DNA of 64,000 bases from Octopus vulgaris (Eukaryota): assembly GCA_951406725.2 (NCBI GenBank), contig OX597814.1, positions 109,740,001 through 109,804,000 of the forward strand, written 5' to 3'. The notes below the pieces were generated by a model. It ran no database searches. It was not told where the DNA came from and saw only the letters and a program-made list of their open reading frames with translations. This document shows, in pieces, positions 12,025 through 25,000 of the stretch (its first letter is position 1; every line of letters begins with the position of its first letter). Both the position numbers and the translations under genes were made by a program.

Positions 12025-13780
12025 GGTACTAGTCGCGTAGACTGGACCCGGTGCGCGCACACGCGCATCAGCGCTAGCCAGTCGTAGGTAGTCGATCCTA
12101 CAGCGACTTGCGTATGCAAGTGAGCTGATTGACGCAACACTGCAAAAACTAAGTTAATAGCGAGTCCCAACTGAAGCTTAGGAAATATTTTGGCAATCTT
12201 CCGTCATTTTGGCAATCTTTTGTCTCTAGTAGATCTTTCCGTCGATTTCCGTAAAAAAAATTTTTTTTTTACATATGGGCTTGCGGGAACTTTTGAAGTA
12301 ATGAGAGCGAAAGAGACTAAGAGAAAGCGATTGTATGACGAGGGAAGTTCTTTTGAAGTTACCGTGGATGGGAGCATTGATGTACATGTGTGTGTGTGTT
12401 TGATGGGGTGTGGGAGACAGAAAGTATGTTGTGTAAGTGAAGTGCTTCTGTTAGTGTGTGTGAAGAGAGAGTAATGTGTGAAAGAGAGAGATAACTGAAA
12501 TTTTTTACTCGGTGTATGTGTATATGTATGTGTGTGTGTGTGTATGTATGTACGCATTGTGACCAGCGATATGTAGCAACATCCGGCAGTCTAGTCGGTA
12601 CAGTGATTTGTGTTGTTTTGAGACGAAGGGACAGTTCCGAAATGCCAAATTCCTCTTCTCTCCACGGCACACGAACTCATCCAAACTTAAGAATCAACAT
12701 GGCATTGCTAAGTCAATTGATGTGTTTTCCGTTAGACCTAAAACTTTTGCTACATATCGCTGGTCACAATGCGCTTCCTCGCATTGTTGTAGCTTCTGAG
12801 TGATGCCACCCTGAGGCTAGACGGGTAGGGTTGCCCATTTAAAACTGTGTCGATCGTAGTAACGTGAAACGAAGCCTTTTGCTCAAAGCCTTTTCCTTTG
12901 CATGCAACTCTTTTCTCATGAGAAGAATATCTCCTCCTCATTTTATAACTCTCCCGTCTTTTTCTTACTATTTTTTCTTACTATTTCACCATCGTATGAA
13001 ATGGTTCACTGCGTTAACTTATGAGGCTCCTGTCAACGACCAAGTCTCTTCAATGTAAACTTATAGTAACCAAATTTCCCCCATGTAGAAATAAAACATT
13101 TCTATGAAGTAAAGGGTTACTTTACGTCTGGTTAAAAATAAACTCCTTTGATCAGGTCTGCACGACCAGGGCAGTCTTGGGACTTGGAACTGTTCAGCTG
13201 AAGTTAAAGACGAGATTTCAGTTGGGTCTTTGGAGAAACTGAAAACAAGGAGCAAACAGACCTTGCACAACTTCGGTCAAGAGATATCTTCCACCGAGCT
13301 GTTAGAAATAGCAGCCGAATTTTTTTTTTTAAAGTCAAACTGAACAATGCAGTATTGGATTTACAACAAAGCGGGTTGGCCACGACCAAAATGTCTAATA
13401 ATTTAGGGTTGGTCAGGGGTTAAATTCCAGTTGAAAGAGAACGAGCATAGCTGAATGGTTAACGGTGAATTGTCGCCTGTAGTGGTCTACTTGAAAAAAA
13501 AAAAAAATGTTTGACTGTCCTTAAGGTTGTTTTGCTTTTTTTTTCAATGCTTCTAATTGTTTTGTAATGAAGAAAAAAAAACGCAATTGTCTTTAAAATA
13601 ATATACACCGTATATCGTTGAAAAATATTTCCTAAGCTTCAGTAGGGGCTCGCTATTAACTTAGTTTTTGCAATGTTGCGCCAATCAGCTCATTTGCATA
13701 CGCAAGTCGCTGTAGGATCGACTGCCTACGACTGGCTAGCGCGTGTGCGCGCACCGGGTCCAGTCTACGCTACTAGTACC
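12025..13780 (-). mobile_element. Merlin (IS1016/IS1595-like) DNA transposon, decayed
   Basis: TIRs of ~160 bp start GGTAC (12025-12190 and 13622-13780) and are flanked by an aaaaaag duplication. Minus-strand remnants AVNH (~13000) and HVDS*..LDEFVCR...LAF (~12640-12700) resemble the Merlin C-terminal H.TVNHS and YLDEF.WR motifs. Confidence 0.75.
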
Positions 13781-14899
13781 AAAAAAGTTCTAGTTAAAGG
13801 AAAAATAATCGTTATATAAAATATTTTAATGAAAATTTTTAACAAGTAACTCATATAACATTTTTTGTTTTTGTGTCTTGTAATGTTCCTTTCTATGTAC
13901 GATCATTTTGATCATAATAAAGATTCCACTTTGTCTGCCCACACATTATTACTTCATATATATATATATATGCAAAACATATAAACATGTGTCCCTTCCA
14001 CCCCAACACACATACAAACGCATAGAACCAACTAACCTAAGGTTACTGATATTTTTTTCTCTGGTTGCAGTAACTAATTGACACTGCTTTCATCAAACAA
14101 ATCAATGCCATGATGCACATGCAGGGTTGTATGCATCACCAGTACATAGGTGTACACATACATGGGTATCTGTAAGTGATCCTATATTGCTTATAGAATT
14201 TTTTTTGTGTGGCGGCGTGGAAGTGGAGATGATGTGGTCGTTGCATTTATCGGTATTTTTTATCAAGTGATGGTTCTCGTTTACTTAATTAGCGTAGACT
14301 CACGTGCAATTTGATGGGGACGAAAGGACTAACGAAACTTGATTAATTGATTGAGCAAACAATTAATCAATCTATCAGTTAATTGGTTAAATAGTTGACT
14401 GAATTTCGTTGCCTTCACAGTGTTTATTTACTACCCACAAAGGGCTTAAACACAGAAGGGACAAACAAGGACAGACAAACGGATTAAGTCGATTATATCG
14501 ACTCTAGTGCGTAACTGGTACTTATTTAATCGACCCCGAAAGGATGAAAGGCAAAGTCGACCTCGGCGGAATTTGAACTCAGAACGTAACGACAGACGAA
14601 ATATGGCTACGCGTTTCTCCCTGCGTGCTAACGATTCTGCCAGCTCGGCGCTGGGAAACATTTCTAATGGCAATTGAGACACGCCAGCACGCTTACAGCG
14701 TTGCCGTGGGTGATGGCGAGGCTGATGCGTTGGAACAGCCAAGCGCCCCCACGAGCCCCACCTGTTACCTCTGCAATGAAGACAGGAACCTCGCAGTTAG
14801 TGGTTCGACTCCACCAAACGTCTTGAATGTCACAGGATGGAAAATGTAGTTGACCGACAGAGAAAATATGTTGAATGTTCGTAATTGCAAGTAACTCAA

Positions 14900-16170
14900 C
14901 TCATTTCCTGGCCTCCCTCATTGAGTAGCGGTATCGCCCTTTTTATGGTTGCACAAGACTTCCTTTGAGAGTTCTATATTTCAGGATACCAAAATCAGCA
15001 ACCCAACACAACTATCTCATTCCTTCTTGAAACGTTTTGGGTTTTTACATCCTGCTGCAATTCTTGCAGTTGAGGTCTTGATGAAATTTTCATGTTCAAT
15101 TTTTGGCGGCTAGCATTGTCAGTAATGGGTTGATCCACTTCTTCTATAACTCCGGTGTTGGTGTCACACCTAGCCTGGGGACTTGATATGGTCACACCGT
15201 CACTGTTAGACATCCTTGCAGGCTCAGCATGAACCATTGTGCCAGGTGTTGTGCTCAATTCTGGTTCTGGTTCTTGTGTGTTTAGCGGGACCGGTTGCTC
15301 AACTGTCACTAACTGCAATGAGTGACCCTCCTTCTTAATCCATGCAGTATTCTTTCTGGCATGTTTCATATATTTTGCCTTGGATGCAACCTTGTCGAAC
15401 ATGGTTTTGTGTATTACATCCTCACCTATTTTAAAGAATGGTTTGCAGCAACCCTCAGTGGTCTTTTCATTAACTTTCTGGCCGGTGATAATTTACAACC
15501 ACCCAAGGGACTCTGATGGTTGAACAAAATTTTGTTCAAGTAGTTGCCGAAATTTCTTGTCTTCAGGTCAAAATGCTTCAATGCAGCTTTCACAGTTTGT
15601 ATGGCCCTTTCAGCAGCGCCATTAGATGCCGGACTGTAGGAAAGTGCCTCAATTTTTCTGCAACCCATTGATGACAACATATTCCCTAACACAAGAAATT
15701 CAGGCCCGTTATCTGATACTAAATCTGTGGGCACACCAAAACGAGCGAAGACCTCAAGCAGCTTGCTTTTTACTGTCTCAGCCGAGCGATTAGGACACAA
15801 GAATGCTTCAATCCATGTTGAACAGGCATCTACAATTACAAGTATGTTACTGATGTTTGGAACATATGCCCAACCCATATGCACATGTTTCCAGGGCCCA
15901 GAAATAGGTCATGAATTATTTGCCTTTACTAAATCTGGCCTAGCTCTCTGGCAACTATTGCAAGATTTAACAAACTTCTCCACCAAGTAAGCCAACCCAG
16001 GCCACCAAACACAGAATCGTTAATTCTTAATTGTTTGTTGAATGTCCATGTGTGTGTGTTGTAGTTTAGCTAATACTTTGGCTCCATAAGGTGCTAGAAT
16101 AAATGGACAATGTTTATGATATATTAAGCCATTTTTGCATGTTAAAAAATCTTTCTCTTTAACAAATGCA
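14900..16170 (-). pseudogene. Ty3/Gypsy LTR-retrotransposon integrase fragment
   Basis: An H..H..WWPG..CNSCQ zinc-binding region (~15930-16080) is followed by the rve core LVIVDACSTWIEAF..FARFGVPTDLVSDNGPEF..SPASNGAAERAIQTVK (ORF 15426-15884). Stop codons are present and no LTRs were seen. Confidence 0.9.
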
Positions 16171-16304
16171 TGTTCCAGATTTGAGACCGATCTCCAATTT
16201 TGCTGTAAAATTCTTTCCTTTATTTTGTTATATAATGCATCAGCATCTAATTGTTTTCAGATGTCTTCTATCATTATGTGATCGATGTCCTGCTGCTCAC
16301 TTTA

Positions 16305-16954
16305 CAGTGATCCCTCGCTATTTCGCGGTTCAGCTATCGTGGATTCACGACTTAGCGGATTTTTAAAATATCCATTAAAATATTAATAATAAATATTATT
16401 TCCTAGCCTAGGAACAACAAAGCAAGCGTAAAATAGCAAAACAGCATATACAGGGGTATTTGAACTTAAGACGGGCTTTGATTGGTGCAATGGAGAGAGA
16501 CGGCAAATCACAGCTTTCTATTTTGTAATCTGGCCTGTGATTGATGCTCTGACTGATGCTCAGATCCGCAGCGTCTTCACTTATCTCTCTCTCGCGGCCA
16601 TTTCGCTTCAAGCTTTCCCAACGAGTGGTTTACTGTAGTGCTGTTGTGTGATTTTTTTTGTTTCTTTGCGTTAAACTTTGCGTTTTCATCCCCTGCAATG
16701 GTTCCCAAGCTTCGTTCGTGTTGAGTACAGTAACAATCTTTATTTTTCTAAAATCTAAAGTGTTATTGCTTAACAGTTATCCTTGTTATTAATAGACTAC
16801 TGTAATGGGTGGGTTGTTAACAGTACAGGGAAGGTTTTGAAAGTCCAAATACACGTTAAATAAATACTGTAAATATGGTGTCCCTACTTCGCAGAAATTC
16901 AGTTATCGCAGCCGGCCTCAGAACCAATCTACCGCGATAAATGAGGGATCACTG
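16305..16954. mobile_element. pogo/Tigger-like non-autonomous DNA transposon
   Basis: TIRs cagtgatccctc / gagggatcactg, with TA on both sides (16303-16304 and 16955-16956). Confidence 0.85.
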
Positions 16955-17694
16955 TACTCTTATTTGTTTCAACTTCCCCACTACCCTGAAATAATAATGA
17001 TAATGATGATGACGCCGCCGCTGCCGATATCAAATTTTTTCACAAAGCCAGCAATTCTAGAGGAAGGGTAAGTTGATTACATTGACCTCAGTATTCAACT
17101 GGTACTTACTTTATCGACTCCGAAAGTATGAAAGACAAAGTCGACCTTGGCGGAATTTAAACTCAGAATGTAAAGGCAAACAGGTAAACTGCTGCTAAAC
17201 ATTTTGCCCGGCATGCTAATGATTCTACTGGTTTGTCACCTTAGGATTAATAATAATAATAATAATAATAAAAGAAGTGAAATAGAACCAGTGCAAGTGT
17301 TACTTATTGGCATAATGACCCCCCCAAAGAACAACAAAATATGTTTCAACTCATGATGTCACATCAAAAATCCTGCAAACCAAATACAAGTACAAGATTT
17401 CTTACAACAGTCTTACAAAGCTACATGTTTAGTTGATGGAATAAATTCCAGACGCATTAGTGGAAATTATTTTATCAAATTCAGAGGAACAAAAGGGCCA
17501 ACTCAAAGACATATTTGAATTTATTGAGTAAAAGCATGAAGTTAAAAAGGAGCAAAGTATTTCTTACATCATTCAAATATAGTGATTCCGTCATTATCCA
17601 TCTTCTCGACTCTTTTATTTATTTCAACTTACCCACTACTCCGAAGTTGCTGGCCTTGTGACAGAATTCAAAACCAATATGTCAGAAGATAAAG

Positions 17695-17925
17695 ACTATT
17701 TGCCAACATAATGTAGCAGTCCTGGATGGGACGAATGCTACAGTTGTTTAGCCCCAGGAAACATCGTTTCCAGCTGGCTATATGACATAATATCTGTGTC
17801 CTTATATTTTCGAACAGGGGAGCCCAGATATTGTGTCGTATAGCCAGCTGAAATGACGTTTCCTGGGACTAAATAACAGTAAACTTCGTCCCATCCAGGA
17901 CTGCCACATTATGTTGGCAAATAGT
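17695..17925. repeat. Foldback element with ~100-bp inverted arms
   Basis: actatttgccaacataatgt...atatctg and its reverse complement are separated by a ~25-bp spacer. A related arm lies at ~58070-58170. Confidence 0.85.
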
Positions 17926-18345
17926 ATTTACTTTAAAGAACTGTTACTGAATATCTCTCTTTGAGAGATCTAGAAATAATAATGCCGGAAGATGTTCTAA
18001 TGATTCTACCAGCTCGCTACCTTGGTTTCAAATTATGGCACAAAGCAAGCAATTAGAGGAGAAGGTGTAAGTTGAAACTTCAACTCCAGTATGTAACTGA
18101 TACTTTTTTTTATCGACACCAAAAAAAAAAAAAAAATGAAGGGCAATGTTGACCTCAGCAAGATTTGAAACCATGGCATAACGAGCTGGAACAAAAGCCA
18201 CAAGGCATTTTACCTAATGCTTTATCTATTCTGCTAATCTCCTGTCTCTACCATTTCTGTAATAAAAAATAATAATGACGATAATGGACACATGAAAGTC
18301 AAGGCAAGATGAAAGAACAAAGAGAATAAAAGAGTAGATTGAGCA

Positions 18346-18351
18346 TTTATT
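18346..18351 (-). terminator. Putative polyadenylation signal of the EF-hand gene
   Basis: AATAAA on the minus strand ~65 bp downstream of the stop codon. Confidence 0.55.
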
Positions 18352-18414
18352 TATTTATGGGAGACACAATGTTTAGTAATGGACTCTTCCAGCTGTATTT
18401 CAACTACATATAGA

Positions 18415-18524
18415 TTATTCCTCAATAATTATAGTCGTTGAATTGGTTACCAAGGTATCATCATACTCTAAAGACAGTTTCATGTATTGATCAAAGAATT
18501 CGTCCTGATTCACATAACCATCTC
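18415..18524 (-). CDS. EF-hand gene terminal exon (GDGYVNQDEFFDQYMKLSLEYDDTLVTNSTTIIIEE*)
   Basis: Acceptor cttctttttttcag. The exon completes the canonical loop DKDGDGYVNQDE, with TAA at 18415-18417. Confidence 0.88.
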
Positions 18525-19945
18525 CTGAAAAAGAAGATAAAAGATTAAAAAAATATATGAAAGAAATGGTAAGGAAATGGTACGCAATGTTTGGAGATTT
18601 TCTTTTGTTTGATATTTTGTATCCGTTGTGGAAATGAAACTGAAGAGAATGGGTTTCATTGTGAGTTGTAAAGAGACTTGAAACGGTTAGCTTAAAGGAA
18701 CCAAAAAAAAAAAAACCAACCAGAAGTCATTTCATTCAGGCAAAATAACGACATATCAAACTTTATTCCACTAGTGAACACTAATTATCGATCACAGCTC
18801 TGTATTGAACAGCTGCACAAATTATTCAACTCCAAGAACTGAAGATCTCTGGAAGAACTTTTTGCACTTCACTTATGAATTTCCTTTGTCTATTAACCAA
18901 CGATTTAAACTCATTCAACGTCAATTGTTTTGGCTTCTGTGGATTTTTTTTGGTGGGGTGGGGGAAGCATTATTCACCTCCCTCATGGGTCCTCTCGAGG
19001 GGCCTTTCTAGCCAGGTTATATCTGTAGGATATTGTTTTGGCTTCTGTTGGCTTTTCTTGGTGGGGTGGTGGAAGCGTTATTCACCTCCCTCGTGGGTCC
19101 TCTTGAGGGGCCTTTCTAGCCAGGTTATATCTATAGGAGCCCTACCTGCCTAACCTCAGTCCAGGACCTAACACCAAATTCTCTCAACTCACATGGCCAC
19201 CATGTCTGTCTCAAGCGCCAGCTCCAAAGCAAAAGATGTCCTTGCTAGTTGTCCTTCCACTCATATGACCTCTTTCGCTCCTTTTTTGTTTTTGTTGAAA
19301 CAAATTCCTTCAATAGATCTCCTTCCAGCAAGGTTCCCTAGCTGTTTGTGTGATGTCACTGACCCCATACTTTCAGTCCACCTCAGTCCCTCAACTTCAT
19401 CCAGTTAAACTTTGTAATCCAGTCTTAGGAAACTCATGAACTCAATAAGTAATACTCTGAGTTTTATGTTAATTTTAAAAGTGTGTAATTCATGAAGTTA
19501 GTTGAATGCAAGTATGTGTCGTATACCTATACAAGTGCACTTTCTCCATTGTGTTTCTTCATAGCTTTCAGGAAAAAGAAATTTTTTGTCACGAAATTTT
19601 CTACAAATATTTTTCAGATGGTGTAGATTACGATTATACCGGAATTTAATGTAAATCTAATATTATAAAAGAGAAGTAGATTTCTGTCTGTCTGTCTGTT
19701 ACAGCTTCTATTATAGGGAAGGAAAGAAGGGGAGGGATGAAAATATACGTCATAATGTATTTTTGAAGATGGGGAGTAAAAGTTGTTGAGAAAGAAATAC
19801 AGTGACAGAGGGTGTGCGATGGATAGATAGATAGATAGATAGATAGATAGTGTTGTCATCATAGTAATTAATACGTTTTCATTAACAACACGGGAATTTT
19901 AAGTGCAAGTTTGTCATCACAGCGTAACTGACTTCAAAGAAAAAG

Positions 19946-19984
<39 letters not shown>

Positions 19985-21973
19985 GGCGCAGGAGTGGCTG
20001 TGTGGTAAGTAGCTTACTTACCAACAACATGGTTCCGGGTTCAGTCCCACTGCGTGGCACTTTGGACAAGTGTCTTCAACTATAGCCTCAGGCCGACCAA
20101 AGCCTTGTGAGTGGATTTGGTAGACAGAAACTTAAAGAAGCCCGTCGTATATATGTATATATATGGTTGTTTGTGTAGACAAAGCAACACACTTCAAAAA
20201 GGACTTCCACTTTGAGTACAAGTGAAGGAGAAAGAGTGGATGTTGAGAGAAAAATAGTATGTGAGAGAGAAAGAGAGTGGAGGCAGAAAGATAGGTAGTG
20301 TTGTCACCGAAGTAACTAACAAGTTTTGTTTATATACGTATATATATAAATAATATATTTAGTTATTTGGGGGCGAGGTTTGTGTGTGTGTATTTTCTGT
20401 TCCCCTCAACATATAGACAACGCAACACAGACTTTAACTTAAGACTTTCACCTTGAACAATTTATCAAGATACATATCTTGATAACAAATTTAACAAATA
20501 TTTTTACCAGCAGTGGAGTGACGGAAAACAACCAAGTAATAATAATGAAAACTGTAAATGCACACACATACATACAAACACATGACATAACGATATATAT
20601 GTAGCAAATGAATAATAGAAGAATAATATTTGTTAATTGAAATGCCTCTTTATATTCATTGTTACAGTATACGATACAATTTCTTTGGAAAAAATTGTGA
20701 TGTGTATTAGAATGTATGTGCGCGCGCCCACCATTCTTTTTTTTTTTTTTTTTTCGCGCTAAGGTCCGATATAATCTTTACCAGCCAGGCAAAGTCTTCA
20801 CTACATTTGCGGTACCTGTCAGAGGGAGTGTTTGTCCAGATGTATTAGGACATGAAATGTAAAAGCCGGACTGGATTATTTTATGCGCTACTTCATTGTC
20901 TCCCGGGACAAAAAGGATGCCAACAACACTATCTGAATGTTATTTGTACAAAGTTTCATTCAAAATATCTATTTTTCTAAAATGTATAAAGAAAGAAAAA
21001 GTTACAATTTTGGTTAGGAAAAAAGTCACAGCTAATTTATGGCGGCCGGTTATAAAGTCACAATTAATTTATGAGATCCGGACAAAACCCCTGTGACTTT
21101 ATTACCGTGACTTTTTTTCCTGTGACTTTTTTTTTCACTTGGATTCTCATAATCTATACCATCTGAAAGGCACTCGTAGAAAATTTCATTAAAAAAAAAA
21201 CCATCTTTTTTTCCTTCTGAGTTATGATAAATCAAAGTCGGTAGAGGTGGATGGTGCACTCTTGCCTATGAGATTAAGACAAAATACAACTAGTACCGTT
21301 CCACCTTTATTGTCATTCCATACTGTCTTGTCAATTTTCTTACTTTCAATTTTTAACCCTTAACTTGCACGCTTACCCGCAGTATTATGCGTTTAGTTTA
21401 GCAAACAGTTCCCCCTTTAAATAAGTTGCTTATCAAATTCTGTTAGACAGAATCGTTTAAGCTAGTTATATATAATTAACCTTGACTTTCTCAGAGATTA
21501 ACCGCAACAGCTTATCTGCTAAATTGGTTTAGTAATTTCTTAACTAACCTAAGTCACACACTTAAAACGTGTGAACAGACAGAAGTTTCTTCTTTTTTTT
21601 TCTCTCTCTTTACTTTAGACTTAGTTACAAGTAACCGTAGCAGTTAGCAAGATCTATATTCATCTTAGACGAACTGTAAACATGGACGTTTATTATTTTT
21701 AGTTAAGACGGAAGTATCTCGGGTTTCGTACTGAGAAATCTTGTTTACTGTTAACCGAAAACTGTACAATTGAAACGTGATTCCAATTGTTCCAGTAAAT
21801 ATCTCCTGTTTCACCCAATGTTGGCATAACTACCAATATTTCAGCTTTACTTCTACGACTTGTTGAAAGCTGTTTTATTCAATCAGTCTGCTTAAATCTG
21901 CGTAAATGTAACACCATTGAAGTTACTATACTGCGGGTTAAGTATCATAAATCTTTTCATTCGGAATGTATCC

Positions 21974-22042
<69 letters not shown>

Positions 22043-25000
22043 TTATCTTTCATTTATACTTTATCACGCACTGAAAACACGAGAAAATAATAATTCCATT
22101 TAACAGACTTATTATTTATGGCAGAAAGGAGAATCTACTCAGCCACCTCTTAACAATCAGAAGCCATTTCAAAACTTTCGAAGTTCTCGTCGCTGGATTT
22201 ACAATTTCCTGTAATGGAAGTCTGGATAGTGACTTTGAAATCCATCAAAGAAGCCAAATTCTAAGTGACTTTTCAGATATATTGCTTCAGTATATTAATG
22301 TTCAAAATCTTAATTTAAACTTTATCGTTGCTATTAAACACGTCTGTTGTGATAAATCTATAGATAATATATTTCTGACGATATTAATATATAATGGTTT
22401 CAAAATTTGGCGCAAGACCAGGGTTTTCGGAGGACGGGGTTAATTCGTATTTATTTTATCGACCTCGAAGGAATTTGAACTGAGAACGTAAAGACGAATG
22501 AAATGCCTTGAAGTCAGGGCCGGAATAAGACCCATCGAAGCCCTAAGCACTTAAAAGGTTTTGATAACCCCATAAAAGATTATGTAATTCAAAATATAAA
22601 CAATAAGAAACCATAAAGTGGATTTCTATTCTTCAAAACGAAACAAAACACACAGTAAGAGGGAAAATAATGTTTGTTTTTGTATGCTTCCACTTTATTT
22701 ATATTTGAAAAGTTTCCGCCAACGTTTTGGGTACGACTTAAATATAGATGTCCCATAACAATATTAAAGAGAGGTAATCTGGTTTTACCAAAACTACTGT
22801 GACTTCACATAAGCGGCCCTTGTGTAACTCGAAATGGATATTTGAATTAACAAGTCTTACTAACGATCCGCAGAAGTTGATACATGTTTTGCAAAGTCAC
22901 AGAATATTACGCACAAGCGATTTTGGATCTTTTCGGTTTGAACGGCAGTTTTTTTCTAGCGGTGTCATATGAAATTGTCACCCATAATTATGACCCTAGT
23001 ATCGATCTATTGCATTTCAATCTGTTTTAGGGTTAGGGTTAGGAGGTGGGGGGAAGGATATATTTTTTCTTCACAAATGTAAATAAACCCAATCTGTTTC
23101 TTAAACGAGGGACATATTCATACGGCACAGAATGTTTTTCACCTCAATAGACGTCACTGATTGGTTGAAATTGCAGAAAAAAAACAACAACAGATATCTT
23201 ACAAACTATAGAATTTTCTCAATAAAGCCAAGAGAAAAAGATGTTTTATAAACACATTCTACCAGTATACGAAGTTTCAAAGTGTTTAGTTACCTAGAAA
23301 TCATGTTAAAAACTGCCGTTCAAACCGAAAAGATCCGAGATTTTAGATGTACAGTATGTGCACGACTAATAACACTAATTGCTGATTCAAGCACAAGTGA
23401 TGGGCTAAAGTATGGTTGTCCAAGTGATAAAGGACAGACAGAAACATTAAGTTTTAGTAAAACTAGATTACCTCCCCTTGATATCGTTATGGGACACGTC
23501 GGGACCTCTATACTTAAGTAGTACCCTTTTTTTAATTATAGAGTCTTTGATCAGATCCTCAAAATTAATCTTAGGTAACACATATGCATCTATACTTAGT
23601 AGAGATAAAGGCATCGCAAATATTATTTTAGCAAGTTTAAAGTGATTTCTTTTGTGCCGTAAACCATTTACCATTTCTTTGGTGCCTCCTCCTTCACTTA
23701 GTGCCCTAAGCACGTGCTTATTTTGCTTAATCCAATGCTGCTTGAAGTATTATCTCCATGTCTGCTAATGATTCTGCCAACTTGTTGCCTCACATTAATA
23801 GGATCTTTTCCTTTTCATGGGCAGCTCGATTAAAAACACAAAAACCGTTAGATTCACTTCAACATTTAAATTTAATTTATCAAAATATTTTTGTCACTTT
23901 GAAACTGTAACCTGTTCACTGACAAAATTCCATGCTGCATCACTTCTATTTATGTTTTTGAAAAACTAAAACACTACAGGTTACAAGGAATAAGTAAATG
24001 TTTTGTGCTTTTACCTCATACTTTAATATTTTGGGGTTAAGACCTTCCTCTTCAAGAAGAGGGAATTGGGAATATGGCGTTGTGAGCTAGCTCTCCTGCC
24101 ATTTAGTGTGTATATATATATATGAAGGGAATCTTTGCCTGTGTGGGATAGCTTGGTTTTGATAGCCAATCAGCTGCTTGCAGCTTGGTTAGCACATGGT
24201 TTGGTTTTATTGCTGATGCACCAAGTGTAAGCTATGGACACATAAGAGGTGCAGCAATGTCAAAGGAAGGCTAACTAGGAAGATGGTTTTTGTATGTGGC
24301 AGATGCTCGGGAACAATTAACACTGAAAATGCTCTGAGACCAACTTCCGTCACTTTCCAGGGAGAAAAGCTAGAAGTAGTTGATAGTTTCCGTTACCTAG
24401 GTGACCAAGTCAGTAGCGTGGGCGGGTGCGCTGAAAGTATAACTGCTAGAGTAAGAATAGCCTGGGCAAAGTTTAGAGAGCTCTTACCCCTGCTGGTGAC
24501 AAAAGGCCTCTCGCTCAAAGTAAAAGGCAGACTGTATGATGCATGTGTACGTACAGCCATGCTACATGGTAGTGAAACTTGGGCTGTGACTGCTGAGGAT
24601 TTGCGTAAGCTCGCAAGAAATGAAGCTAGTATGCTCCGATGGATGTGTAACGTCAGTGTTCATAATCGACAGAGTGTAAGTACCTTGAGAGAAAAGTTGA
24701 ACCTAAGAAGCATCAGTTGTTGTGTGCAAGAGAGACGTATGCGCTGGTATGGTCATGTGATGAGAATGGCTGAAGATAGTTGTGTGCGAAAGTGCCACAC
24801 CCTGGCAGTTGAGGGGACCTGTGGAAGAGGTAGACCCAGGATAACCTGGGTCGAGGCGGTGAAGCACGACCTTCGGACTTTAGGTCTCACCAAGGAAATG
24901 ACCAGTGACCGAGACCTTTGGAGGTATGCTGTACGTGAGAAAACCCGGCAAGACCAGTGAGAACAGTCAAAATCAAGATCAAACCAAATTGAGGTCGATC

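Noticed and set aside
14625-14870. Possible gag zinc knuckle (CYLCNED...)
   Set aside because: The CCHC motif is incomplete and it lies on the opposite strand to the adjacent integrase, so it is too weak to call.
19984-20060. tRNA-like A/B boxes
   Set aside because: This is the head of a multi-copy SINE with no complete cloverleaf.
23027-23043. TTAGGG repeats as an interstitial telomere
   Set aside because: Only about three units, located inside a MITE.
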